Under the pieces are notes generated by a model. That model was not told where the DNA came from and did no database searches. It saw only the letters and a program-made list of their open reading frames with translations. Of a stretch of DNA of 64,000 nucleotides, positions 10,464 to 21,384 are shown piece by piece. The DNA is from Cladosporium halotolerans (lineage: Eukaryota): NCBI RefSeq assembly GCF_011745625.1, contig NW_027191453.1, forward strand, positions 1,178,001-1,242,000, in the 5' to 3' direction. The translations under genes and the position numbers were made by a program. Position 1 is the first letter of the stretch; the number at the start of each line of letters is the position of its first letter.

Positions 10464-13400
10464 ATGTTCAGGCAAAATCAAGGATCACTGGACCGAAAGC
10501 CGTCGAAAGCTGGAAGCAGAAATGGACTGAGAGCTATTGCGTCGAAGCTTAAGCCAGACTTGAAGTTGGCGGTTGATACCGACGTGTCTCGGCATCACGG
10601 ACATATGCCCAAGCAAGTTTTTCCGCGGGACGAGAATTGCTCTCATGGCGTCGAAGACACATGCCCTAGGCCACCTATACCCACTTATTCTGGGAGACAT
10701 CACGCGATAGGACAAAGCCTGAGGAGTCAGCTTGAGAATAGAACCGGGGAGCAAGACGGACGGGCAGGGGCCAATCGAGCCGAATGCAATACAGTTGCCC
10801 ATCGTTTCGGACTACCACCAAGACCAGACATCTATCGCAGCAAGCCAGTGGAGGACAACCTGCATGGTACGAACAGCCTCGCCGCTCCACCACTACACAA
10901 TCGTATTCGGGGTCTGAGACCTTCACCTTTGACGTTGGATATCTCCCCTTCGGATCGAGTTATACCCATCGGTATCTCGATTCCTTCCGCTTCTATCTCA
11001 AATCATACAACAAGCCCACTGGCATCTACACCCGAGCCACATCCTAATGTAGGGAATGGGCACGAGGCAACTACCCCGACCATCGTCATCACTCCGGCAA
11101 GAGAGAGCTTCGATCTGAAACCGCCCACGTATCATTTTCTTGGTGACCACAACCGGCGACCAGCATCAAGTGTATACAGCAGGTACACGAACTGCGCTCC
11201 AAGGACGACACACGATGCCGCTACACCGCCAGTCCCTCCTCTTCCGCTGTTTGCACAGCAACCGCGAAAACAGACAGTCCCGGAATCAAGGGCAACTCTC
11301 TTCGAGGATTTAGGTACTGCACGAAGTCAGCAAGCTACACTCTCGGTTTGCACGGTATTTGAAGAGGATGAGCAAATGCAGCAACCCCAATCTGCCAAGG
11401 ACTTACGCACGCCCAAGATGAGATCCATCAAGCGTCAGTCAACGCTTCCCACGCCTCGACGCAGTCGCGGCTGGTGGAACGTCATCACATCTCCATTCTC
11501 AGCCCGTTCCAACATCCAATTCTGGAGATCCCCGTCAGACGATACCCCGGAACGAAATGCTATCCTTGAAGATGCTGGCACCATGGGTGTCGCCGATGTC
11601 GCGCATGTCTTCCGTGACGCAGCCGATTTGGACGAACCTCTATCAGCTCCAGATACCCAAAAATCTGTCCCTGGTCGATGTGTCTCGAAGTGTTTCCCTA
11701 AACGATCCATTACGGCTCCTGGCGCCTTGGACCCCAGTTGCCATCGAGTCAACATATACCGCATACCCAGCCAGGGTGCGGCGGCCGCATACTATGACGA
11801 GTCGAAACATTTCCCGAGCCTCATCATCGACCCATCCGATGCATCTTCACGTTCGATGTTCGAGGATGACAGTCCGCTCACCGATGTTTGTGCGTGTGAG
11901 AACCATCGGCACATACCTGGCCATGACAAGCAGCATGCGTTGGGCCACGCTGGTGTAACTGAGAACGATAGCAACGGTGCTAGTACCAATGCTGGTGAGG
12001 CTGGGGATGCAGCTCAAGCTCGTACATTGCGAAGTCCTTTCGACGACACACACGCGATCAGAGACCCTGTCGACTCGCCGATCACACCTCCGAGGACTCT
12101 GTTCACGTCACCGACCGCAGATGAGTTGCAATCGCCATCGCCCGCTCAGTCCACTGCGGGGGCCAAAAATCGTGCTGTCACCAATGCGCGTCTTTCCACT
12201 GCATCCTACACCCCAGTTATGGAGGACGCACATGTAGCGACGATGGTAGGTCCGCGTTCCGCTCATGGTGAGCAAAGGGCGGTCTTCATCCCACCAAGTC
12301 GAGCCCCGAGCCCCACTAGCGATAGGGTCGCTCCAGAACCAGCAGTTGCCAACTCTGCCCTGGACCAGGCCGGAGTGATGAGAGAATCGCTCGCATATGA
12401 CAGCACACAGGTTCCCGTCCGGCCTCCGATGCACGAGCGCGAGGGCTCTCGTGGGCTCGGCATCTCCAACAGCGAGCTGGATCTCTTTCCACCACCAAAA
12501 CCGCTCTCTGAGAAACCTCGCTTGGGCACAGACCGCTTTGGTCAGCTTGTCATAGTCAATGGGAAAGACGATCGTCTGGCTCAGCCAGCTCATCGCCACT
12601 TTCTGTGGCCGATCATGGCAGCAGTTGTCTCTCTTCTCCTTCTAATGCTAGTGTTATTGGTGGTCTTTGTGCCTCGAACCCATTCAGACAACCCTGTTCA
12701 GGCTCAATGGCTGAACCTCACTGGCTTTCCGCCTCTACCAACAGGCGTCGCAACCGTCGTCCAACCAGAGAAAAAACGTGACAACAATCAGTGTATTGAC
12801 CCGCCCAAGCTATGGAGCTGCAGTGTCCCTCAGAGTCAACAATCGGACTCTGTACCCGACAGCACAAGCGCTCTACCCGACTTCCGCGTCGAGATTCGCT
12901 TCCGCAACCATACGCTTGAGAACAGCACGGCGCTTGCTCCTGCGACCACTCACTCTCCTTCTGGTCCGGCTTCTGTACAGTCCAGACTCCGTGCTCGCAG
13001 CGCTTGGTCGCAGACTCTCTACTGGCCGTCTCCAGCACCACCCTCTAAATCTGACCAGCTTGCTTTGGGCTCATCCGTTGACGGACTCTCAGAGCCGTAT
13101 AATGGAGAGGAGACGCCTTTTTATCTGTCACTCCTCGATCCCGTCCAGCTAGGGACTATGCGCAAACGTGATGAGACAACGCAAGCCGAGCCATCGAATC
13201 CTTATCCGTATCCCTCGCCGTCGAATGCTTCGTCGACCGCCATTCCAAAGCCGCGTCTCCTCCCCAATGGTCGTCCAGGTCCAGAATTGGCTTACCCTTA
13301 CGCCCGCTCCCAGCCTTTGCGTCTCTACAACCGCGGCCAAGACGACGAGCACTACGGCTTTTCAACGTACTTTGACAAAAGTGTGCTGGTAACAAACTCC

Positions 13401-13802
13401 ACCGCTTCACCTTCCTCCACGACTAATACCACTAACGCTGGGCTCACACTCGCTTCTTCGCCGGAGGATGCAAGCGCGCTCTGCACTTTCACTCAAACGA
13501 GACTCCATGTTCAGATCTGGACTGGACGAGAGGTATCGGCGCTCAACGTTACCGCATCGACTGCGGTCGTAACGGCATCGAACTCATCGGCCAATGTGTT
13601 CGACGCTGCGGGTTCGTTCCCGTATGCTGTAACCATCTCTCTAGATCGCCATAGCGGCCCTGATGTGAAGGGAAAGGGCGTGTTTTGCTGGGCTCTGGAC
13701 GACAGGGGAAAGGTGGTTGGTGATGGAATCAGGCTCTCTCAACCCGTGGGCGATATTGAGAAGGGAGATAATGGGCAGTGTGGGTGTAGATGGGAAAGTT
13801 GA
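10464..13802 (+). CDS. Large conserved hypothetical single-pass membrane protein
   Basis: Uninterrupted ORF of over 1100 codons, with the first ATG at 10464. It has a disordered S/P/T-rich N-half, one hydrophobic helix (IMAAVVSLLLLMLVLLVVFV), then WLNLTGFPPLPTG and a Cys-containing C-terminal domain. Confidence 0.8.
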   Translation: MFRQNQGSLDRKPSKAGSRNGLRAIASKLKPDLKLAVDTDVSRHHGHMPKQVFPRDENCSHGVEDTCPRPPIPTYSGRHHAIGQSLRSQLENRTGEQDGRAGANRAECNTVAHRFGLPPRPDIYRSKPVEDNLHGTNSLAAPPLHNRIRGLRPSPLTLDISPSDRVIPIGISIPSASISNHTTSPLASTPEPHPNVGNGHEATTPTIVITPARESFDLKPPTYHFLGDHNRRPASSVYSRYTNCAPRTTHDAATPPVPPLPLFAQQPRKQTVPESRATLFEDLGTARSQQATLSVCTVFEEDEQMQQPQSAKDLRTPKMRSIKRQSTLPTPRRSRGWWNVITSPFSARSNIQFWRSPSDDTPERNAILEDAGTMGVADVAHVFRDAADLDEPLSAPDTQKSVPGRCVSKCFPKRSITAPGALDPSCHRVNIYRIPSQGAAAAYYDESKHFPSLIIDPSDASSRSMFEDDSPLTDVCACENHRHIPGHDKQHALGHAGVTENDSNGASTNAGEAGDAAQARTLRSPFDDTHAIRDPVDSPITPPRTLFTSPTADELQSPSPAQSTAGAKNRAVTNARLSTASYTPVMEDAHVATMVGPRSAHGEQRAVFIPPSRAPSPTSDRVAPEPAVANSALDQAGVMRESLAYDSTQVPVRPPMHEREGSRGLGISNSELDLFPPPKPLSEKPRLGTDRFGQLVIVNGKDDRLAQPAHRHFLWPIMAAVVSLLLLMLVLLVVFVPRTHSDNPVQAQWLNLTGFPPLPTGVATVVQPEKKRDNNQCIDPPKLWSCSVPQSQQSDSVPDSTSALPDFRVEIRFRNHTLENSTALAPATTHSPSGPASVQSRLRARSAWSQTLYWPSPAPPSKSDQLALGSSVDGLSEPYNGEETPFYLSLLDPVQLGTMRKRDETTQAEPSNPYPYPSPSNASSTAIPKPRLLPNGRPGPELAYPYARSQPLRLYNRGQDDEHYGFSTYFDKSVLVTNSTASPSSTTNTTNAGLTLASSPEDASALCTFTQTRLHVQIWTGREVSALNVTASTAVVTASNSSANVFDAAGSFPYAVTISLDRHSGPDVKGKGVFCWALDDRGKVVGDGIRLSQPVGDIEKGDNGQCGCRWES

Positions 13803-14854
13803 ATTCGTTTGCGATCGGGATCCGAGTGGCAACGATAAGGTTTAAGCATTGTCTCTGTCGGCATATACAATGAAGCATCAAGATAATCGTAATAGAAATA
13901 GCTGGGCAATCCCTCGACAAAGCTTTATCGATTCACGGAATTTGGCCATTACCTGTGCGATAGATCGCATTGCCAGAGTTTATCGGATCTAGAGCATGAG
14001 GTGATGTGTTGATTAGCAGCCAGAATATTTACTCATGACCTCGACCTAATGCTATACAAGGTCGCCGTTCCTGGTATACCGATAAAGTACCGGCGCTCGA
14101 CCCACCATGGTTGTTCTGCGTCAAGCCCATGCGTTGGAGTCTTGGAAGGCCGATTCTAACCGCTGGGCTTCGTACGCGCTAAAGGGTCGACATTTCGCAT
14201 TTGTCTACTTCTTTTTCTTGACCTTGAGTCCGTACGCTACAGCATTCGGTATTGGGACTGGGATCTGAGCCAGCAATATACGTATCGCTGCTTGACGCAT
14301 GGTTGGTGAAGCACGTCCTGGCTGTCCAGTCACAGTCATGGCGTCCCTCTGATGAAACGATCACAACCAAGGTCACAATTCGATCGCGTTGTACCGCATG
14401 ACTGCAGGTGGTCTAGTCGACTCCTCAGTTTGACGTGCTCAACGCGTGGACATGGAGGCTGCTAAGAACGAAGAATGAGGTAGGGTATTCACAGGTAATG
14501 TTCCTGATAATGATCGGGCTGCGGGCGAAAGCCTGCCGAAGCCACACACGGCCGGCTTCGGCTGCACGACACCGCGAGCGCGCTGCTTATTGCCCATCAC
14601 CAAAACCTTCTCCCTCCGCAGGCGGCGCCGGGTATAACGGCCATCTCATCATCGTCATCGCACATCAGCCTCCCTTAGGCCACTGTCGACGCACGCAGGA
14701 GTCATTCGCTTGACTGCTTGCTATACGAAACGCTGTTTACACTTGATCAACGAAAAGACGAGACTCAGCCTCGTCGCGCGGCCAACAGAATCATCAGAAA
14801 GAGGAGGCGCTCACATGCTATCGGCGTGCTACAGACCTTTAGGTTCCAACGAGT

Positions 14855-15852
14855 ATGGGTGCCGTAGCCGGAGAGCAACAGGCTTGTGTCGCAGAGGATA
14901 AGGTGGAAGGGAAAAGAACCTTGTCCACCAACGAAAGCAAAGTACAAATGCCTATCGCGCCAGGCAAGATGGTCGGCGGCGTAGGCCTGAAAGAGCGCGA
15001 GCCAAAAACATGGAACACGAGCAACCTTGGGCAACGCATGGGTATCGATGTCATGTCCGCGGGTGTTGCGGGTGGACTCGTTGCGCCTATCATTTGCGCC
15101 ATTGATAAGTATGGTCACCCACAAAACGGAAACAGCCATTGGGCATATCCAGACTAACCCGTGACAGAGCTATAATCGAGAATGCTTCCGGAAAACGTCC
15201 CATGCTTCCCTCATTGCAAGCGTCTTTCAGCTCGTTGCTGTTCCGACCGCACCGATTCCTCACTTCGAAGCCATTTGCGCTCATTTTCGCACTGTACAGC
15301 GGCACATACATCACAGCCAACTCGCTGGACACCTTCAAGTCCACCGTTCAAGACAAACCTCCCTCCACAACCACTAGCGGTCCGGCCAAGTTCTTCGCGA
15401 CCAGCGCCGCCAACCTGAGCTTGTGCCTGTACAAAGACAGCCAATTCACAAAGATCTTTGGTGCCGTGTCCCCTCGCCCGATCCCTCCAGTTACCTACGC
15501 ATTGTTCGCGGCGCGCGACTGCCTTACAATCTTCGCGTCCTTCAACCTCCCTCCCATTATCGCGCCCTCGCTCCCACTGTCGGCGGAAATGGAGCGCTAC
15601 GTGTCGCGCGCATCAACCGCCCAATTCCTCGCGCCGGCAGCGATCCAACTCGTCTCGACACCGTTTCACTTGCTGGGCCTGGACATCTACAACCGTAATG
15701 GTAACACGACGCTAAAGCAGCGCTTCGCCAAGGTCAGAGCCGACTGGCTCACGAGCAGCTTCGCGCGCATGTGCAGGATTGTCCCTGCGTTCGGTGTCGG
15801 AGGTGTCGTCAACAAGAATGTCAGAGAGGCGATGATGGAGAAGCTGGAGTAA
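14855..15852 (+). CDS. Conserved fungal membrane protein, mitochondrial-carrier-like (function uncertain)
   Basis: GLVAPIICAIDK|AIIENASG is joined across intron 15109-15167 (GTATGG...ACTAAC...CAG). Further motifs are LFAARDCLTIFASFNLP, QLVSTPFHLLGLDIYNR and RIVPAFGVGGVVN. The start could instead be ATG 14948. Confidence 0.72.
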
Positions 15853-17572
15853 TAAGAGAGAGGGATCGTATGCATGCATTCAAGCGTTTGCATGATAATG
15901 ATGTGGTAATTCGCCTCGATACGGCGGGACTCAAGAGCCGTGGAGTTTCGAACATTTTCGCTTTTCAGCGTGGCGTAATGGATTTGCATTCTGATACAGG
16001 GCAAAGATAATATAGAGGCATAGCTACGAAGGAACGCGAACGACGCGTTTTCCTTCACATGGGATGCCGCGGCGCAGACGGTTCCACGGAACGGCATTAT
16101 GTATCATTAGACTATAGATGGAATAGATATGTCACCGCTCTTCACCTACCTTGACTTGCCATCATGGGGCTTAAGCCATCAGACCGAGAGGCCAAGAAAT
16201 TCAATATCACGAGATTACATCTGCAAGGAACGAACTCCGGTCAGCAACATCTCAGCAGGCAGGGCCATTCTCCACCAGCCTAATCAATATTACCATGTAG
16301 AGTCAAAGTAGCAATACCAAGGATTGCGTACCCACACCAGCAATCATACCTCGCATTCGCTCCCGGGCACTCCCCAGCCCATCCACGAGATCAAACCACC
16401 CGCGCCCACACCTCCAACTACCCAACACGAACAGCGCACATAACCAGATCTCACCAATGCACAAGCCCCACCCGCTCGCGCAATCCTTCCCACTCGATCT
16501 CGGCGCTCACCTCGCCCCGTCATCCGGAACCACACATCTCCCATCCTGAAGATCTCAAGACGGCTCGCACATCGTACACCAGCGGCCGGAAGCCAGGCAC
16601 CAAGGATTCTCTGGTGGGCGCCTTGTCTCCCGCCCGGCGCAAATCGTCGAGCAGCCAGACCCGCGCGCTAAACCTCGGCGTGGGGCCCGTCAAGCCGACG
16701 GGCTAAGCCGCCTCGTGCGTGCCTTGCCGATCTGGGACGCCGGACGTTTGCCCCTGAAGAGAAGGAAGCGGGCGCCGTTGGCTTCTGGTTCGCGTCTGCG
16801 GGCTGCGGAGATGGATCCCGAGAGTGCGTAGTGGTGGTTGTGGAATTTTTTCTTTGGGTCTTCCGGATGAGGTGGGGGAATTGAGTTTTGGGCGGTCGGT
16901 GGAGGTGGATGCTGCATTTGCTGGGAGGGGCTTTGGGGGCGTTTGGGTTCTGTCGTCGTGGTTACATGCGTGGAGGCGTGCATTGCCGTGACGGAGTGGG
17001 CGCGCGGGTAGGCTTGGTCTTGTGCAAGGGTGAGGGGGGGTAGGACCATGGTAGTAGAAATGTCGATATCGTGATGGCTGTTATGTGCTATGTATATCAT
17101 GCATTCGAAGTTCGTATAAACGAACGATTAAACGAAGGATGGGGTCTCGGGAGTTTCTCTCGAAGGTTTGAGACATGTTTGACTGCTCCGCGGACCGAAA
17201 GACTAAGATATATTCAGAGGAAAATAGAAATAATGGATTGTAGTAATACATGGGGTGTCGAATATATCGACGAGGCGAAGTGTAAAGTTTGAATCCTGAG
17301 ACATGTCCGTTTCGGCATGCAATGCGCAAGACAAACCGGCGAAAGGCCCGCTCGCCCGTTCGCTTCTTGCGCAGGTCTAGTTTCGATAAGTCGGCGTTGG
17401 TGTTGAGCCAATGCGAATGATGATGAAGTGAGAAGAGTCTCTCGAGATCGAGAGATCAGAACTTTTCTTGGTGTTGCGGCGATCAATAGTCGCAATGCCA
17501 GCACTGTTGAGCTGGCGACCGGAGCGGCCTGCGTCCGAGAAACGAAAGTGCGTTCTGTTACCGCGAATGCTG

Positions 17573-19923
17573 TCACTCGTAGTAGGCATGTGCTTGGTCC
17601 GGGCTGCTCTCGTACATGTCGCCCTCGAACCAGCCGTCGTCTCCCTCTATCATTTCGGTGACATGGTCCGGCATGTCTCGCTCGAGGCTCATGGTCTTAA
17701 AGATGCCCGCCATATCGCGCACGTCGACGTCCTTCGCGTCCGGCTCCTTGGCAGCGGACATGGCGCGGAAGTCGATGAAGTCGCGCAAGGCACGGAGCAT
17801 GGGCGGGAATCCTTCGTCGTTTGGCAGCCACCAGTGCGTCACGTCAACGCCCCAGAGGTCTGACATGCGCTTGCGAAGGCTGGCTGGGTAGATGTATCTA
17901 GTCACTGTTAGCGAAAAATATCTGTGTAAGTTATCCATTGGAGCTTACCCGTGTCGCTCCATGAGAGCGAACTTTCTCCTAGACCACTCGGTGTATTTCT
18001 TTTCCTTTGGCAGCAAAAGGCAAGCGATTCCAAGACTAGCCTGGAATCCCAGCACTGCGCCAGGTGGTCCTTGACCACTGAACTGCACTGCCTCAAACAT
18101 CTTACACTTCTTCAAAGCGATCTGTTCCAGTTCCGGCGGCGTGTACTGTGTCGTTGAAAGTTGCAGTCGGAACATGAGTTGCATAGCCCAGAAGTCGATC
18201 AGGATGTAGTTCATCGAGAACAGGTCGCCTGCATAACAAAAGTTTGGATCCCGGAAATCGGTGATGTCGTCTTCGCTCGGAGGTGGCGCCTTGGGGAAAT
18301 TCTTGACGAAGCACGACGGGTCCGTGAAAGTGTCCTGCAGTCTCCGTTCGTAGTCGTCCATTTCTCCCAGCAATTTCTGCACCTCCTGCCCAAACTCCTC
18401 GTCCGACTTCTCGCCGCTGCCTTTCGAAGCCAAGAGAAGTGTGATGTCGGTTGCGATCAGCCTCGAAGTCGCGAACATGTCTTCAAACATTGCGCCGAGG
18501 TCGTTCGGTTTGTCCCGGGCCTGTCTCTTGTAAAAATCGGCGCATGCGTTGAACCATTCCCGTCCAATGACCGTCTTTCCGCCCGACATCATCCCTGCGA
18601 ACAGATCGAATCGGATGTACCAGCTGATAATCTTGCGATGCGTTTCGCTCTGTGTTATCGTTTGGGGTGTGAATAGGCCGGTGATGATCTGGTGCGCAGC
18701 TCGTTGATGGCTGAGCAAATTGACCCAGTCCCCAAGAAATTCCTGTCGAATGTTGTTAGTCTAGAGCGGTCAGCGAAGACAATATGCAGTTGCGACTCAC
18801 CTCGATCGTTGCCAGCTGTAGAATCGTCAAAAGGGTGGACAACGAGTGACGATCTGTTTTTGCTAATGATTGCCGTAACGACGACACAGATTTATTGTAT
18901 GCGTCTAAGAAGTCCTTTACTCTACCATCGTCTCGTGTGAGAGCGTTGTGGTATGCCGCAAATGCTACAACAGCGTACATGAGAGGTTCGAAGTTGATTG
19001 CAATCTCCAGAAAGGTCTTTTTAAGGAAATCGCCCGCGTCGTATTTCCAGGAATAGTGGTGATGCGAAAGGTTGTTCCGGTGGTACTTCAGGTAGAACTT
19101 GACGTGCTGTGGTAAGGCTGCCCACCTCGGATTCTGCGTGATGTCTTCTTTCACATTCTGTCGTGAATTGGTTCGGCTGGCCGCTGGACGTTGCGGTTTC
19201 GCGAAGAAAGGCCCTCGTTCTGTGGTAGGGGTAGATTTCCCGTCTCGTGAAATTGAGTAGCGGGCACCAGGTTCTGATACTGCTGATCGAGGATCCATAT
19301 CATCGTGTGCGTTCAGTTCGTCCTCGTCCGTAATCGTTGGTAAATGTTCCGAGTCATCGCCTGAGTGCTCGGAGTTGCTGTCGCCTTGCGAACGTTTCGA
19401 TCGTGTGTTGCCCCGCTCTGACTTGGACGATGATGCTTGATCGGGATACTCGCACTCTCGTTTGCCTTTCCGGCAACCTACTATGAGTTAGCATGCACAG
19501 ATATTCGGGATGGAAAGCGATCATAAGACTGACGCTCGCAAGTTGGTCGTCCTTCATCGCACTGCAGTGTCTGTCAGAACATGTTCGTCGCTCCTGAATA
19601 TCGCGGTGATCAATTACCTTGACCCGACGTGATCGGCATGTGAAGCATCCACTGCGTGTACGTCGGTGTTTGATGTGATCTGCACCGTGGGTTTGTCGTC
19701 TTCTTCTCGTTTGCGTGGGAGCTTGAGGTGCTGATGTGTGAGGATGAAGCATGGCATTCGCGACGTCGTCGTATTCGGTTTGGTAGGTACCCAGGTTCTC
19801 ACTGGACATCGTCTGCAAGTGGTGCAATCTCGGTTGCATGGACTCCGGCGGAATCATCGGCGGCTGGCCGTATGGGTTGTAGGCACCATAGGGTGTGATT
19901 GGTTGCCCATAGTGACCTTCCAT
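17573..19923 (-). CDS. Zn(II)2Cys6 transcription factor with fungal-specific TF domain
   Basis: The spliced product gives [36 protein letters not shown]. Exons are 19923-19618, 19561-19534, 19477-18801, 18742-17949 and 17897-17573, all with GT-AG introns and a consistent frame. Confidence 0.88.
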
Positions 19924-21358
19924 GGCTGGGTTGTGTCGTGCGGCTTTGCAAGTGTCCAAGACGGCGCACGCAACCTCTCTAGGAAAGCTCAAGAGACTTC
20001 TAACTTGTCAAAAGCAAGAAGACAGGGCTGTGGTGGCGGGAAGGGTCTAGTTGTCACAAAGTAGCGGCTCAAGCAGCCGTTGGCTCGCAGAGTGTGTGAA
20101 GTCTGTTGGGTGGCCCGCAGACTTAAGCTGTCGGCGACAAAAGACTAGCGCCGAGTAGTGGCAGTTCAGTGGTGGAGGAATGATATCGTGACAGACGAAT
20201 TAGGCCGTGGCTAGATGAGTGGTCGTGCTGAGACCACTGCACCGGTGCCTCTCGAAACCCGGGAGGGCGTTTCGAGGTGCCGGATAGGGCGCGAGCCGCC
20301 TGTCAGGGAGTGAGACGTCAGTGGGGTTGAATGGCGCTGTCCAGGTGCAGTGATAGGAGAGTCAGGCGACTAGGAGAGGTTTCGTACACGCCGGCGATCA
20401 ACTGCAGGTGGTACAATCTGACACGACAGCGTTCTAGGCAGGTGAGATGGCTGATTAGACTTCGATGTCACTTACACTGCAGTGAGGATGGAGCCTAGTC
20501 TGCAAAGTCACAGCTCCTACCAACCCTGTCGTATGTTGCGGCGCGCACGTACAGTGTGGTGAAGGATCCGCAACCCGAATGCCCCTTTCGCTAGTCAACG
20601 CACAGTGGCCGCTGTGACGAAAGCGAATGCTGCGCAGGACAAGGGCGGCCGGTGGTACTCAATCGGAGGTTCTGCCTGTTCTCGCGCCGGGCGACGGATC
20701 GGCGACAGGGGTCATGACAATGCTGTGAACGTTTAATGATCGAGCGTGACCAGAGTCAGAGGCTTCCAAAGCCAACAAGGTTATCTAGTATAGCACGGGC
20801 AGGGCAAATTCTGAAGCAACGCCCGGAAGGCAAACCCGCTGGAGCAGAGGTGGTCCGCCGCCACATTCAGGCTGATACGAAAGCGTTTGGGGACGTGTAC
20901 GACGGCGAGACATGCGCGGCCCACAGGCGCAGAGGAGCAATGGCGCGCAGACAGGCGGCCACCGATCGAGCGGAGGGCCTGCACGCCACCTGCTGGAGTG
21001 AGGTGGAGCGGTCCAAGAGGATCGGAGAGTGGGGGTGAGCAGTAGCGCATTGGATCGTTCGCGCTGGTGGTAGTTCAGATTGCGCCTCGTACAGAGGGTC
21101 CGGTTTCAGTCGGGCAGCAGCACGTTGTCCCGGAACGGTGCCTGCACCGGTGATCTAAGAGTGGCGGCACGCGGCAGCAGCTGCAAGGAAGAAAGCAACG
21201 GTGCAACTAGACCAGGCGCCGGGGAAGAAGCCTGGCAGGCTGGCAGCCTGGCACCCACGGCACCCTGGCTGCAGGCGCGGGAGGAGGCCCTGCCGGCGCA
21301 GACAGATGAGGAGCCGCCGCCCGCCAGGCGCCGCAGCCAGGCAATCTGTGCGGCGATC

Positions 21359-21384
21359 GGGCCATGGGCCATGGGCCATGGGCC
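21359..21384. repeat. Tandem 7-mer (GGGCCAT) x3.7
   Basis: Read directly: gggccatgggccatgggccatgggcc. Confidence 0.8.

Noticed and set aside
20024..20330. SRP RNA (GGGCTGTGGTGGC resembles the fungal Alu-like start)
   Set aside because: No helix-8 CAGG-GNRA-AGCA motif and no Pol III terminator found.
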